Part shown: positions 38,201 to 48,259 of the stretch, in pieces
Position numbering within the stretch: position 1 is the first letter of the stretch
How the letters are laid out: each line of letters begins with the position of its first letter
DNA from: Candidatus Krumholzibacteriia bacterium
GTDB lineage: Bacteria; Krumholzibacteriota; Krumholzibacteriia; JAJRXK01
Length of the DNA: 64,000 nt
Assembly: GCA_041484665.1 (NCBI GenBank)
Contig: JBGPIA010000007.1
Location: 132,003 to 196,002 of the forward strand
Direction: 5' to 3'
The notes under the pieces: generated by a model
What the model was told of the DNA's origin: nothing
The model's database searches: none
What the model saw: the letters and a program-made list of their open reading frames with translations, nothing else
Program-made: the position numbers and the translations under genes

Positions 38201-38809
38201 GAAGCCACCGAGGCGGCGTTCAAGCGCGAGGCGCCCGGGCGGCGCATGCTCCACCTGGCGACGCACAGCTTCTTCCTGGGCGGGGAGGCGTGCGGCTCGG
38301 CTATTGCGACGGAGGGCAGCGCAACGGGTGAGCGGGGTCCCACTTCCGCGCCGGGGCCGGCAACGATCCGCGAGAATCCTCTGCTGAGGGCGGGGCTGGC
38401 GCTGGCCGGTGCCAACCGGCGTGCACTGGCGGGGCCCGACGAGGAGGACGGCGTGCTGACCGCCGAGGAGATCGCCGCCCTCGACCTCTCGGGCGTCGAG
38501 TGGGCCGTGCTCTCGGCCTGCGCGACGGGCGTCGGCGAAGTGGTGCAAGGGGAGGGAGTGCTGGGGCTGTGCCGCGCCTTCCGGGTCGCCGGCGCCGGCA
38601 CGCTGATCATGAGCCTGTGGGCCGTCGAAGACGAGGCGACGCGCGCCTGGATGGACGCGCTGTACGCCGCCCGACTGCAGGATCGACTGGGCACCGCGCA
38701 GGCCGTGCGCAGCGCCAGCCTGGCGATCCTGCGGGAGCGTCGCGCTCACGGGGAGAGCACGCATCCCTTCTACTGGGGCGGCTTCGTGGCTGCCGGCAAC
38801 TGGCGTTAG
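35285..38809 (+). CDS. TPR-repeat CHAT-domain (caspase-like) protein
   Basis: About 10 42-aa repeats ALGPxHPxVA..L.NL. CHAT motifs VPDGAL, LHLATHS, NPLLRAGLALAGAN, VLSACATG, MSLWAVED and HPFYWGGF. Confidence 0.92.
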   Translation: MSPTLPPRFLVLASLLALAAACTPAAVVRAQSSLPLARTPATGQPQPAPTTAPTTAPTPAPVPAPALELAPAAQQAEPPASLDTVRSLIKAGRYADAEAIARQLLQQAEADQGPQSLPVARALDLLSEALWRAGKAADSGARTMAERAVRIKEQTLGQGDPELARSLTNLGGLLRQLGEYPAARQAYERAVQIQESALGPQHLDLATTLNALSILTRDMGEYAAARQLTERALQIRVRALGPNHPDVAASLNSLGSVLVEAHEHQAARTAYERALAIRLQALGPDHPLVAVTHTGLGRVLFELGDYAQAIDHFQRAIEIREKALGPSNPDLAATLSNLAAMLWIAGDYARARPLYERALAIQEKALGPEHPGVTLTLHNYGSLLRSMGDYATARATLERGLEIEQRTLGAAHRQVGESLANLADLLLDMGARDEARPLLTRAVQVLEAAVGQDDPRLARALGSMARLEREDGALAAARPLLERSLRIQQRALGGSHPDVANTLRQLADVERASNDLAAARRDYERALAIQEITLGANHPALGSTLDGCALALAGAGEFDTAIAVALRADQIGRDHLRLTVRTLAEREALRYAAVRGCGLDLALSLCSSGRAVAASPSVLDALIRSRALVLDEMASRHRTVAATGAADVVQLAEDLAGARQRLANLAVRDLSTQDPTSYRKLLDLARAEEERAEHALAQRSATFRQRLEQDQVGLPEIMAALPAGSALVSYARYQRQTLDGGPAVPAYAAIVLRADERQPQIVPLSDAATVEGLVQRWRDEIARGVASQGAAAASLEAGCRRAGAQLRAAIWDPMAPLLEGVAQVFAVPDGALNLVSLAALPTPDDSSQRYLVDSGPLLHYLSAERDLARADAGAVSGKGLLAVGGPEFDSARPFAGRVTVAQRLGAQVATGITAAVYRGPTSSCGDFASLRFVPLAASARETKEVAGLWKKGAGAGAPGTDDRREVLRLTGSEATEAAFKREAPGRRMLHLATHSFFLGGEACGSAIATEGSATGERGPTSAPGPATIRENPLLRAGLALAGANRRALAGPDEEDGVLTAEEIAALDLSGVEWAVLSACATGVGEVVQGEGVLGLCRAFRVAGAGTLIMSLWAVEDEATRAWMDALYAARLQDRLGTAQAVRSASLAILRERRAHGESTHPFYWGGFVAAGNWR

Positions 38810-38826
38810 CCGGGCGGGCGGGGTCG

Positions 38827-39753
38827 ATGGCCTGGGAAGTCGAGGTCCTCTGTCCGCGGCGCACCAGCAACGGCCTCCTCCACCTCGCGGGGCTTGCGAT
38901 CCTGGGCGCCAACAGCGTGCGCCACCGCGTCCGCGGCTACCGCACGCCGCGCCCGCAGCCCGTTACATCGGCGGACGACGCGTTTCGCTACGACTTCGCC
39001 GTCGTGAGCAACTGGCTCGAGCACCTGCGGCGCCACTTGCAGCGTGACCCGCAGCTGGTCGGCCGTCACGCGCTGGAGATCGGTCCTGGGCCCGACCTGG
39101 GCACTGGTCTGCTGTTGCTGGCCATGGGGGCGACCAGCTACACAGCGATCGACGTCAACCCCCTGCTGACCCGCGCGCCGGCCGGTCTGCACGACGGCCT
39201 GGCGGAGCGGATCGCCGCGCGCACCGGCGGGTCGGCGGCGGAGCTGTCGGCCCAGTTCCGCGCGCTGCAGGCGGGGCGGCCGGACCGGCTGCGCTACGAG
39301 GCGAGGGGTGGCCTCGATCTGTCCATCTTCCCCCCGGGCTGCTTCGACCTGGTGCTCAGCCACGCCGTGCTCGAGCATCTGCAGGACGTGGGGGGAACCT
39401 GCGTGCAACTGGCGCGCGTGTGCCGTCCCAAGGCCCTGTTCGCGGCGGAGATCGACCTGCAGACGCATTCGCGCTGGATCCGCGACGCCGATCCCCTGAA
39501 CATTTACCGGTATCCGGATCCGCTCTATGCGGCCATGCGCTTCGCTGGCTCCCCCAACCGCCTGCGCCCCAGCGACTACGAGAAGCTGCTTGCGGCGCAC
39601 GGGTGGAGTGAAGTGCATCTGTACCCGCGGCGCGTGCTCGATCCCTCCTACGTGGGGCGGGTGGAGCCGACGCTGGCGGCCCGCTTCCGGGGTGACCTCG
39701 AGCGGCTCGGCTGGCTGAGCGTGGTGGCCTGCGCCACATTCGAGGGGGACTGA
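38827..39753 (+). CDS. Class I SAM-dependent methyltransferase
   Basis: LEIGPG, FDLVLSHAVLEH and PNRLR. Confidence 0.85.
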   Translation: MAWEVEVLCPRRTSNGLLHLAGLAILGANSVRHRVRGYRTPRPQPVTSADDAFRYDFAVVSNWLEHLRRHLQRDPQLVGRHALEIGPGPDLGTGLLLLAMGATSYTAIDVNPLLTRAPAGLHDGLAERIAARTGGSAAELSAQFRALQAGRPDRLRYEARGGLDLSIFPPGCFDLVLSHAVLEHLQDVGGTCVQLARVCRPKALFAAEIDLQTHSRWIRDADPLNIYRYPDPLYAAMRFAGSPNRLRPSDYEKLLAAHGWSEVHLYPRRVLDPSYVGRVEPTLAARFRGDLERLGWLSVVACATFEGD

Positions 39754-39765
39754 GGGGGACTGACG

Positions 39766-41034
39766 ATGAAGCAGCACGGGCTCATCTTGCTGGCGCTGGT
39801 GGCGCTATCGCTCATGTTCTACGCCCAGACCATCAACAATCCGTTCTGGGACGCCGAAGACTTCAACTTCCTCGAAAAGGCGATGCAGATCGGCCATCAA
39901 GGCGTCAGCCCCTGGTCCTCACAGTTCTTCGAGCGGCATCACCCAGTGCCGCTCCTGCTCTTCTGGCTCGAATACGAGGCGTTCGCACTGAAGCCCGCGG
40001 GATACTACGTGGTCAACCTCGTGCTGAACGGCCTGAACGCATTCCTGGTCTATTGGCTGGTCACAGTCTTGATCCCCGACCGGCGCATCGCGCTGTTGTC
40101 CGGGGCGTTGTTCGCCGTGGGCGTGGGCAGCTACGGCAAAGCCGTGATGAACGTGGCCGGCGTGGAGAACCTGCTCATCACGGCCCTCTACCTGCTGATC
40201 CTCAATCTCTACATCCGCAACGACCTGCAGGAGCGCGGCCGCATCCTCACCTGGCGGTACGCGCTGGTGCTGCTCTTGTTCCTCACCGCCAGCTTCGCCA
40301 AGCCGACGGCGTTCTCCTTGGTGGGATGCCTGCTGGCCTACAAGTTCTTCTTCCGTGGCGAGCGCGGCCGCGAGCGGCGAGTGCTCGAGCCGAACCTGCT
40401 CATTCTGGTTGTGGGAGCGGTCGTGTTCTGGGTGGTGCGCGAGCTCGCCGGAATGGTGGATCTGACCCACACCCTGGCCGGCACGCGGCCGTTGGACTTC
40501 ATGGTGAACGTCGTGAAGAACATGGGGAACTACCTCATCCACATGTTCTTCCCGATCCACGCCAGCCGGCTGGTCAACACCGCCAACCCGGTGGTGCAGG
40601 CGATCTACAAGGCAGCGCCGGTGCTTCGCTGGGTGATCGGGCTGGGCGTGGTGAGCTACAGCCTGTTCGGATTCGTGTTCGGCAACCGCACGCTGCGCTT
40701 CTTCCTGGTGTGGACGCTCATCACGCTGATCCCGTACTCGGTGCTGAGTTTTCCGGCCGACTGGGCCAACATCGGCTACCTGTATTCGGTGGCCATCGGC
40801 TTCGTGTTCATCATGGCCGCGGGGACGGTCCTCTCCATCGATCTGCTCCACCGCCGGCGTTGGCGCCGGCTCGTCCCGCTGGTGTTTCCCGCGCTGTTCG
40901 TGCTGCTGTCGGGCTACATCACCGACAAGCTCGATACCAAGTACGAGGCCGACGGCCAGAGCGCCGGGGCGCACGAGAGCCTGCAACGGCTGACGGACAT
41001 GCGCGCCCAAGCGGGAGCGCGCGGGCGGGGCTAG
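39766..41034 (+). CDS. Multi-pass membrane protein, GT-C-like glycosyltransferase
   Basis: About 10 TM; acidic DAED after TM1; P.GYYVVNLVL and FAK motifs. Confidence 0.6.
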   Translation: MKQHGLILLALVALSLMFYAQTINNPFWDAEDFNFLEKAMQIGHQGVSPWSSQFFERHHPVPLLLFWLEYEAFALKPAGYYVVNLVLNGLNAFLVYWLVTVLIPDRRIALLSGALFAVGVGSYGKAVMNVAGVENLLITALYLLILNLYIRNDLQERGRILTWRYALVLLLFLTASFAKPTAFSLVGCLLAYKFFFRGERGRERRVLEPNLLILVVGAVVFWVVRELAGMVDLTHTLAGTRPLDFMVNVVKNMGNYLIHMFFPIHASRLVNTANPVVQAIYKAAPVLRWVIGLGVVSYSLFGFVFGNRTLRFFLVWTLITLIPYSVLSFPADWANIGYLYSVAIGFVFIMAAGTVLSIDLLHRRRWRRLVPLVFPALFVLLSGYITDKLDTKYEADGQSAGAHESLQRLTDMRAQAGARGRG

Positions 41035-41369
41035 GACGTCTCGATCTTCGCTTCGAAGAAATCGGTCTGGCCGGGCGTGAGGCCGGTGGTGAACTCGTCG
41101 AACTTCCGCAGCCAGGGAAACCCGTTCTGCTCGAGGCTCGGGAACCCGGGGTGGGTATAGACGACGGTCACTTTCCTGGGATGGCGGGCGATGGAGGTCT
41201 TGAGATTCTCCCGCTCGATCTCACTTCGCTGCGGCGAAATCTCGACGCCGATCACGGCCTTGAACGGGTGGCTAACTGCGACGATGACGCCCCGACCCAT
41301 GCCCGCCCCGAAGTCGAGGACCACGTCCTCGCCTTTGCGGATCGGGAGCCGCTTCCAGACTTCCCGCAA
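41031..41369 (-). pseudogene. Truncated, internally deleted class I methyltransferase
   Basis: VLDFGAGMGR...PFKAVIGVEIS joins directly to a C-terminal-like segment; only 112 aa. Confidence 0.55.
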
Positions 41370-41465
41370 GAGTGGATCTCATCCAGCAACCATGACTGGA
41401 GCGCTCTCCCGACGTGGACGGACCCGGCGGAAGGAACCGGGCGACGAACCGTCCGGCGACGGCCG

Positions 41466-43025
41466 TCACATGCGCTGATCGGTTGCGGGCGCCGTCCGCT
41501 TGCGGGTCAGCATCGCCAGCTTGCCTCGCAGGGCATCCCGCTCCTCGCGCGTCAGCCCCAAGCGCACCCCGATTGCCGCATAGGGAACCAGGCTCAGGCC
41601 GGCTCCCACGCAGATCGCAGCGTAGTTCCGCGCGCCCAGCTTGGCCGCCAGCAGTTCGGCCACCCCCAACATCACCACTGCGGCCAGCAGTGGACGCAGA
41701 TGCACGCGCTTGAACAGGGAGGCGGGCGACACTTCCAGATAGCGGCAGGCCTCCCGGACCCACAGCGACTGCGCGACGACCGTCCCGAGCATTCCCGCCA
41801 AGGCGACCCCCGCGATCCCCAGAGGCTTCACCAGCAGTACGCTCAGGACGACCGCGAGGCCCGCCGTCGCGGCCGACACCGTGACGAGGACGTTCAACTG
41901 CCCGACGCCCATGAAGAACCGCCAGAGCAATGGCTGGAAGCTCTCGACCAGGAGGGCTCCCGTCGTGAGCAACAGCACCATGCGTCCCTTGATCGCGTAC
42001 TCGGGCCCGATCCACAAATGGATGAAGGCAGTCCCGTAGATGAACAGCAGCACGACGACCGGCAACAGGATGAGGAAGATGTAGCGCGAGTAATCCAGGT
42101 AGATCCGGGAGAGCGCCGATCGTTCGTTGCGGCTCTTCAGATCGCTGAACATCGGCATGAAGCTGGTCGTGAGCGCCCATGCGATCTGCCGCGCGTACTC
42201 CACGAGCCTGCCCGGAATCGAGAAGAAGGTGGTTGCCGACGACGAAATGGCCGTGCTGATGATGACCGGCTGTGCGTTGGTCGCGATGCGCGTGGCTGTG
42301 GCCGAGACGAAGACCCGCCCACCGAACCCCACCAGCTCCTTGAACGAGCCGCGGCGCAGCTCGCCGAATCTCAAGCGCAGACCGGGAAACAGCCGCCGTG
42401 CGGCGATGGCGCTGGCGACCACGATGCCCACGTCGGTGATGAGCTTGCAGGCGACGAGGGCCAACAGGCCTCCGGCCCTCAGGAAGGTCACGACGAGGAT
42501 GGTATTCAGGATCCATCCTGCGATTTCGATGAGGTTCCTCAGGTGGTAGCGCTGCCAACCATAGAGGATGCCCGAGACGAGGTAGTCCAGGTACATGAAC
42601 AGCGCGTCGAGCGCGATCGCCGCGAACAGCAGCCTGGAATGCGGCAGGTCGTGCAGATCCTTCACGTAGCGCTGGACGATGACGGGCCCAAGCGTCGCGG
42701 ACACCAGCGCAACCAGCCCACCCACAGCGAGGAAGTACGCCAGTCCTGCCGTGATGAGCTCCTGGAGCTTCTCAACGTCGCCCCCCCCTTTGTACTGGCC
42801 CACCAGCTTGACGACGGCGGGCTGAACCCCCATCTCGAGGATGCCGGCGTACCCGATGAACGACATGAGCAAGACCCAGAATCCGAACGAAGCGTCTCCC
42901 AGGGTCCTCACGATGAAGGGCGTGAGGAAGAACGCGACCGCCATCGACGCGATGTAGCGCAGCAGATTCGACGCGGAGTTGACGGTCAGGCGCTCGTGGA
43001 GACGCCGGTCGACGCTCTTGGACAT
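41466..43025 (-). CDS. wzx: Wzx-type polysaccharide flippase
   Basis: FFLTPFIVRTLG...FG.W, FMPMFS and LWIGPEY; about 12-14 TM. Confidence 0.88.
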   Translation of the reverse strand: MSKSVDRRLHERLTVNSASNLLRYIASMAVAFFLTPFIVRTLGDASFGFWVLLMSFIGYAGILEMGVQPAVVKLVGQYKGGGDVEKLQELITAGLAYFLAVGGLVALVSATLGPVIVQRYVKDLHDLPHSRLLFAAIALDALFMYLDYLVSGILYGWQRYHLRNLIEIAGWILNTILVVTFLRAGGLLALVACKLITDVGIVVASAIAARRLFPGLRLRFGELRRGSFKELVGFGGRVFVSATATRIATNAQPVIISTAISSSATTFFSIPGRLVEYARQIAWALTTSFMPMFSDLKSRNERSALSRIYLDYSRYIFLILLPVVVLLFIYGTAFIHLWIGPEYAIKGRMVLLLTTGALLVESFQPLLWRFFMGVGQLNVLVTVSAATAGLAVVLSVLLVKPLGIAGVALAGMLGTVVAQSLWVREACRYLEVSPASLFKRVHLRPLLAAVVMLGVAELLAAKLGARNYAAICVGAGLSLVPYAAIGVRLGLTREERDALRGKLAMLTRKRTAPATDQRM

Positions 43026-43483
43026 GAAAGCCTGCTAGGGTTGCCGAACCAGCGTCCAGGCTGCGGGCGGTAGGATTCCAATCGTCAGATTGACAGATCT
43101 CTCGGCCAATGCCAATCCACGATGTGCGCGTGCCCGCGTCGCCGGGCCGCCGGGCGCTCCTGCGGGCTCCCCATTCCCTGGGAGCGACGTCTGTGCGATA
43201 CTCCGACTCTTGGGGTCCACTGCGGGGCGCGTCCCGTGGTGGGCGGTGCCGTGCCGATCCTGGCCCCGGAGGATCCGGCGCCAGCCGGCGACGGTGGCCG
43301 AGTGCGGCTCCCGTTCTCCGCAGCTTGGCCGTGCCGATCGGCTGGGCTCATTTTCCACGATTCACGGAGACATCGCGTGCGCGACGGTCGTACGCTGCGG
43401 ACCGCCAACGCGGGACTTCGGGCAACGTCGCAGCGAGCGCCACGCGCCCGCAGAGCAGCCCGACGACCGACCTGGTGATCGAG

Positions 43484-44734
43484 ATGCAGGCAGACCGGGT
43501 GGACGTGGAGAGCGACGCGCGATTCGCTGACGACCCGTACGGGTCGGTGATGACCGTGGTCCTGAGCGGGTCCGGGTACGAGGGCTACGTGGTCATCGAT
43601 TCCATCGTCGAAAACACAAGCGCCGGAGGAGTGCGGATCACCGCGGACCTGCCCTTGGACGAAGTCCGCGAGCTCGCCCGCGAGATGACGCTGAAGTTCG
43701 CCCTCTTTCATCTCCCGCGGGGCGGGGCCAAGGCGGGGCTGCGGATGTCCCCGGATCTCGCAGGTCCGGCCCGGCTGCGGGCGCTCAGCGAGTTCGGAAG
43801 CAAGCTCGCCCCCCTCATCATCAACGGAATCTACAGTCCGGGAATGGACATGAACTGCGGACCCGAGGAGCTGCGGGCGATCTACCGTGGAGCGGGCATC
43901 GAGCTGGGCGGGATCACCGACACGTCGTGGTTCACTGCATTGAGCGTGTTCCACTGCCTGCGGGCGTGCGCCTCCCTGCTGAAGGTTTCCGGGCGCCCGT
44001 TGACGCTCGCGATCGACGGGTTCGGAAGCGTGGCCCGCCATCTGGCCGATCGGCTGCCGCCCGACCAGTTCCAAATCGCGGCCGTATCCACGATCGAGGG
44101 CGCGGTGAAGGCGGACCACCCCTACGATCCCGCCGATCTCGCACGGCGCAAGGACGCCTCCGGCGATCGATTCGTCAGGGAGCTTGCGGGCGAGACCATC
44201 GAGCGAGGCGCGGTCCTCGCCACGGATGTCGACATCGTGCTTCCCTCTGCGCGCACGAGGGTCATCACGCCCGAGCTGGCCCAGGCTATGAAGGCGCGCG
44301 CCGTGGTTCCCATCGCCAACGCTCCGTATGGGAACGGCACGGTTGGGATCCTCGCAGCGAAGGGCTTGATCTGCTTGCCGGGCTATCTGAGCAACGCGGG
44401 CGGGGTCCTGGCGTCTTCGCTCTATGATCAGGGCATTCCCAGGGACGAGGTCGAGGCCCTGTTCTCGGCCGAGTACCGCCCGGTCGTCGACGGCATCCTG
44501 CACGTGGCCTCACGCCATGGACTGCCGGCCGTCGAGGTCGCAGCATCCCTGGCGAGGATGCACATGACGGCACGAGGGCCCCGCCCGACCCGCCCAGTGG
44601 CCCGCCGGATCCACAACCGTTTCGTGCGGCCGCGGCTCCCCCGCTGGTGGCGCGCCCGGTCTGCCCGGCACACCTTCGTCGCCAACTCCCGTGCGGTCCG
44701 CGAGGAGATCGCGCGGTGGGAACGCACGGGATGA
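43484..44734 (+). CDS. Glu/Leu/Phe/Val dehydrogenase family protein
   Basis: GGVRI...LAREMTLK...GGAKAG, GMDMN, IDGFGSVA, PIANAP and PGYLSNAGGV. Start uncertain. Confidence 0.82.
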   Translation: MQADRVDVESDARFADDPYGSVMTVVLSGSGYEGYVVIDSIVENTSAGGVRITADLPLDEVRELAREMTLKFALFHLPRGGAKAGLRMSPDLAGPARLRALSEFGSKLAPLIINGIYSPGMDMNCGPEELRAIYRGAGIELGGITDTSWFTALSVFHCLRACASLLKVSGRPLTLAIDGFGSVARHLADRLPPDQFQIAAVSTIEGAVKADHPYDPADLARRKDASGDRFVRELAGETIERGAVLATDVDIVLPSARTRVITPELAQAMKARAVVPIANAPYGNGTVGILAAKGLICLPGYLSNAGGVLASSLYDQGIPRDEVEALFSAEYRPVVDGILHVASRHGLPAVEVAASLARMHMTARGPRPTRPVARRIHNRFVRPRLPRWWRARSARHTFVANSRAVREEIARWERTG

Positions 44735-45711
44735 TCCACACGAAGCGGCTCGATTCCGTGGAACCGGTCGAGCTGGAATCAATGATCGCGCGCTGCGGGG
44801 GCAACGCGCTCCATCTCCCTGCGGTCCATCTGGTCGACCGGGCTGCGAGCGATCTGCACCTCTTGACGTTCGAGCAAGGCGGGCGCGTCGTCGCCTTGGC
44901 CCTCGGGTTCGAGGAGAGAGTGCGCCGTCTCCCCTGGCCGCTGCGGCGGCCCCGCGTCCTCGACCTGCCGACGGGACCGGCGATTGCCGACGCCGCCCAC
45001 GCCCCGGAGGTCCGCGTGGCCCTTCTTGACTACGCTCGGAGCGCCGGGTTCGACCGCCTCATGGTGCAGCCAGCGTACAGCACGTGGCTCACCGCGGACG
45101 AAGATCTCGCCCGGTACCGATCCACGTCGATCACGGAGTTCGTGGTCGATTTGCGTCGCGGGGAGGAGGCGGTCCTGGCCGCGATGCACAAGACCCATCG
45201 GAAGAACGTCCGGCGAGCGGCGAAGGAGGGCCTGCGGGTCGAGGAGGACAATCGCTTCGAGGCGCTGCTTTGTCTGCGCGACATGCAGCTCGCCTCCTCC
45301 GAGCGCGCGAGCCAGCGCGCGGAGGGGTTCGGCGTCCGCGATGAGAGCTCGTTTCGGCAGTTGCACGAGCACGTCTACTCGAAGGGGTATGGACACGTCC
45401 TGTTCGCCTTCCAGGGCGACCAGCCCATCGCGGCTCTGGCGTGGCTGGCAGCGGCGAACCGGGTGCTCACGGTGCGTTCGGGATCCTTGCCCGCCGGTTA
45501 CGAGATGCGAGCGATGTACCTGCTGTACGATGAGCTCATCCGGCGGGCGATCCGCGAGGGAATGGTCGAATTGAATGCCGGGGGTGTGCCCGCAGAGGCA
45601 TCCGCGCCGGAACACCCGCAGGCGGGTCTGTACGAGTTCAAGAACGGATTCGGGGGCGAGGCGGTGGTGCGCCATGGTCTGGATGTACCCCTCAAGGAGA
45701 CCGGCGCATGA
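44731..45711 (+). CDS. GNAT/FemAB-like acyltransferase
   Basis: VVDLR..EE.VL..M...HRKNVRRA.KEGL and GLYEFKNGFGG. ATGA-coupled on both sides. Confidence 0.82.
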   Translation: MIHTKRLDSVEPVELESMIARCGGNALHLPAVHLVDRAASDLHLLTFEQGGRVVALALGFEERVRRLPWPLRRPRVLDLPTGPAIADAAHAPEVRVALLDYARSAGFDRLMVQPAYSTWLTADEDLARYRSTSITEFVVDLRRGEEAVLAAMHKTHRKNVRRAAKEGLRVEEDNRFEALLCLRDMQLASSERASQRAEGFGVRDESSFRQLHEHVYSKGYGHVLFAFQGDQPIAALAWLAAANRVLTVRSGSLPAGYEMRAMYLLYDELIRRAIREGMVELNAGGVPAEASAPEHPQAGLYEFKNGFGGEAVVRHGLDVPLKETGA

Positions 45712-46859
45712 TCCTGGAGCGTGGCGTGGAGCTACTGCGCGAGCGATGGCGGAGATTGGGGCCAGCAGACACACCCGAGATCCACGCGCGTGCCGCCGTC
45801 CGGTGGCTCTTCGCCGCCCAGGACTCCTCCAGCGACCACGGGGTCAGTCACAGCTATCTGATCGGCCGGGGTTGGATGCGCTCCTATCCGGAGACGACCG
45901 GCTACATCATCCCCACGTTGTTGAACTGGAGCCGGGTGACGGGCGACGCCGAGGCGGAGCGTCGCGCGCTCGCAATGGCCGATTGGGAGCTCGACTGCCA
46001 GCTGCCGGGCGGCGCGATCCCGGAGCTGACGAGCGGTCAGCCAACCGTCTTCGACACGGGCCAGGTGATCTTCGGGTGGGTCGCCGCGCACCGGCACACT
46101 TTGGCCAGCAAGTACCTGGAGGCAGCCCAACGCGGGGCGGAGTGGCTCCTCTCGCAGCTGGACGCGGACGGGGTCTGGCGGCACGCCAGCGATGCGGGTG
46201 GACCCGGTCGGGTCTACAACGCACGTGTCGCATGGGCGCTGCTGGAACTGGCGGCCGTCACGCGGGACAGCCGCTACGCGGGCCCCGTCCGTCGCTTCCT
46301 CGAATGGACGCTCGAGCAGGAGCGCACCCCCGGCTGGTACGATCGCAATTGCCTGACCGACGACCGCGCTCCGCTGTTGCACACGATCGCCTACACGGCG
46401 CGCGGTCAGCTCGAGAGCGGGCTGCTCTTGAACGAGGACCGATTCGTCGAGGCGGCCCGCGCCACCGCCAGAAGGCTGCTTTCCAAGGTCAGATCCGACG
46501 GTCATCTGGCCGGACGCTTCGACCGCGATTGGAATCCAGCCGCCCCATGGGCGTGCCTCACGGGCATGGCGCAGACCTCGATCGTCTGGCGGCGGCTCGC
46601 GGCGGTCGCCAGCGCGCGTGATCCGGGGTCCGTCGCGGAGGCCGAGCAATTCGCGGGCGCTGCGCGGAGCGTCTCGGCGTTCCTGATGCGGACCCAGGAC
46701 CGCACGTCCCAGAACCCCGGGCTGTGCGGCGGTATCCGCGGATCCTATCCCGTCAACGGCGCATACGGCCGCTGGAGAGTCCTCAATTGGGCTACGAAGT
46801 TCTTCGTCGACGCCCTCATGGTCGACATGAACCGCGACGTCTTCATCTACCGGGGATGA
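45708..46859 (+). CDS. (alpha/alpha)6-barrel protein (six-hairpin glycosidase/terpene-cyclase-like) of polysaccharide loci
   Basis: SYPETTGYIIPT, FDTGQVIFG, HTIAY, CLTGMAQ and NWATKFF. Confidence 0.65.
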   Translation: MILERGVELLRERWRRLGPADTPEIHARAAVRWLFAAQDSSSDHGVSHSYLIGRGWMRSYPETTGYIIPTLLNWSRVTGDAEAERRALAMADWELDCQLPGGAIPELTSGQPTVFDTGQVIFGWVAAHRHTLASKYLEAAQRGAEWLLSQLDADGVWRHASDAGGPGRVYNARVAWALLELAAVTRDSRYAGPVRRFLEWTLEQERTPGWYDRNCLTDDRAPLLHTIAYTARGQLESGLLLNEDRFVEAARATARRLLSKVRSDGHLAGRFDRDWNPAAPWACLTGMAQTSIVWRRLAAVASARDPGSVAEAEQFAGAARSVSAFLMRTQDRTSQNPGLCGGIRGSYPVNGAYGRWRVLNWATKFFVDALMVDMNRDVFIYRG

Positions 46860-48136
46860 CTCCTGACGTGAAGGTCCTTGCCGTCCTGTACTGCTACCCG
46901 CCGATGCTGGTGCCGGCCGCCGTGTGCTACGCAAAGCTGATGCTAGGGTTGCGCAGGAATGGCGCGGACGTGGAAATCGTCACGATCGCGCCCGACTCCT
47001 TCGTCAGTCCTGGGGGGCCACTTTACCTCGACCACGCGCTGGCAGCCGTCGTGCAGGACGAAGCCACGCAGCACGTGATCTGGTCGCCCGAGGGATCGCT
47101 CTGGGTGAGGGCCGCGAAGCTGCTCGATCCCTCCCGGCGCCTCACCTACCGCTGGCTCGAGCCCAAGAAGCGGGAGTGGACGTACTCCGCGTTGCGATAC
47201 CTGCGACGGAAGGACCTGAGTCGATACGACGTGCTGCTCACGTGCAGCCAGCCCCACGCGAATCACCTCCTGGGCCTCGAGTTGAAGAAGCGCACGGGTC
47301 TCCCCTGGATCGCGTACTTCAGCGATCCCTGGACGGAGAACCCCTACGCGGGCTTCCGGTCAAAGCGCGTCCGGGCCTATAACCGCGCTCTCGAGAACCG
47401 CGTGCTAAGCGAAGCCGATCTGGTGCTGTTCACCTGCGAGGAGATGCGGGAGCTGGTCGCGCGGAATCACCCGGCGCTCGACGCGGAGCGCTCGGGCCTG
47501 TTGCCTCATGCATTCGTTCCCGACTGGTACGCGCCCGACCCGGAAAGCAGAGCGACGCGTGCCCAAGGCGAAGTGCGCATCCTGCAGACCGGAAGCTTCT
47601 ACGGACTGCGCACGCCTCTGCCGCTGATTGCGGCCCTGCAGCGGGTCGCAAGCAAGCTGCCGCTGGAGGGCCACCTGCGGATCGACTCCTATGGAGGAAT
47701 GGACGACAAGTACCGGGAGCAGATCGGGCGGGAAGGCCTCGCCGGGATTCTCGGCGTTCATGGTTTCGTGTCGTATCTCAAGGCCTTGTCCATGATGAAG
47801 GAGCACGATGCCCTGCTGCTGATCGACGCCCCCCTGACCACGACGGCGGAGAGCGTCTTTCTTCCTTCCAAGCTGATCGACTACCTGGGCTCGTCCACAC
47901 CGATCGTCGCCGTTACGCCGGACCACGGCGCCACGGCGCGCGTGGTGAGGGAGGTTGGGGGAGTCGTCTGTCCGCTCGAGAGGCCGGGCGAGCTCGATGA
48001 TTTCCTCCTACGTGTCGTACGGGGTGGAACGATCCACACACACCCACGGGCGGACGAGGTTGCCCGCTACGACTACCGGGAGGTCGGGCGGTCCCTGCTG
48101 GCGATGATGGAGCGCTGTACCCGGCGCGCCGGTTGA
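46856..48136 (+). CDS. Glycosyltransferase family 4
   Basis: YCYPP, PWIAY.SDPW, TGSFYG.R and PSKLIDYL. Confidence 0.88.
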   Translation: MTPDVKVLAVLYCYPPMLVPAAVCYAKLMLGLRRNGADVEIVTIAPDSFVSPGGPLYLDHALAAVVQDEATQHVIWSPEGSLWVRAAKLLDPSRRLTYRWLEPKKREWTYSALRYLRRKDLSRYDVLLTCSQPHANHLLGLELKKRTGLPWIAYFSDPWTENPYAGFRSKRVRAYNRALENRVLSEADLVLFTCEEMRELVARNHPALDAERSGLLPHAFVPDWYAPDPESRATRAQGEVRILQTGSFYGLRTPLPLIAALQRVASKLPLEGHLRIDSYGGMDDKYREQIGREGLAGILGVHGFVSYLKALSMMKEHDALLLIDAPLTTTAESVFLPSKLIDYLGSSTPIVAVTPDHGATARVVREVGGVVCPLERPGELDDFLLRVVRGGTIHTHPRADEVARYDYREVGRSLLAMMERCTRRAG

Positions 48137-48259
48137 GGGCCTGCTGCCGGGGGGGAACTGGACATTCGGGCGGGGTTCGCCTAGACTCTATGGTTGCTCC
48201 CCCGAGGGGCAGGGGCGACGACCCCGGGGAGCCCCGGACGTGAACGGAATCCTCCCAGC

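Noticed and set aside
6027..43073. Very long opposite-strand or alternate-frame ORFs (e.g. 6027-8204, 8259-10919, 12878-14908, 36560-38764, 40053-43073)
   Set aside because: Shadow ORFs over well-supported genes; expected in high-GC DNA and without recognisable motifs.
43090..43120. TTGACA promoter for the polysaccharide operon
   Set aside because: No convincing -10 element at 16-18 bp spacing.
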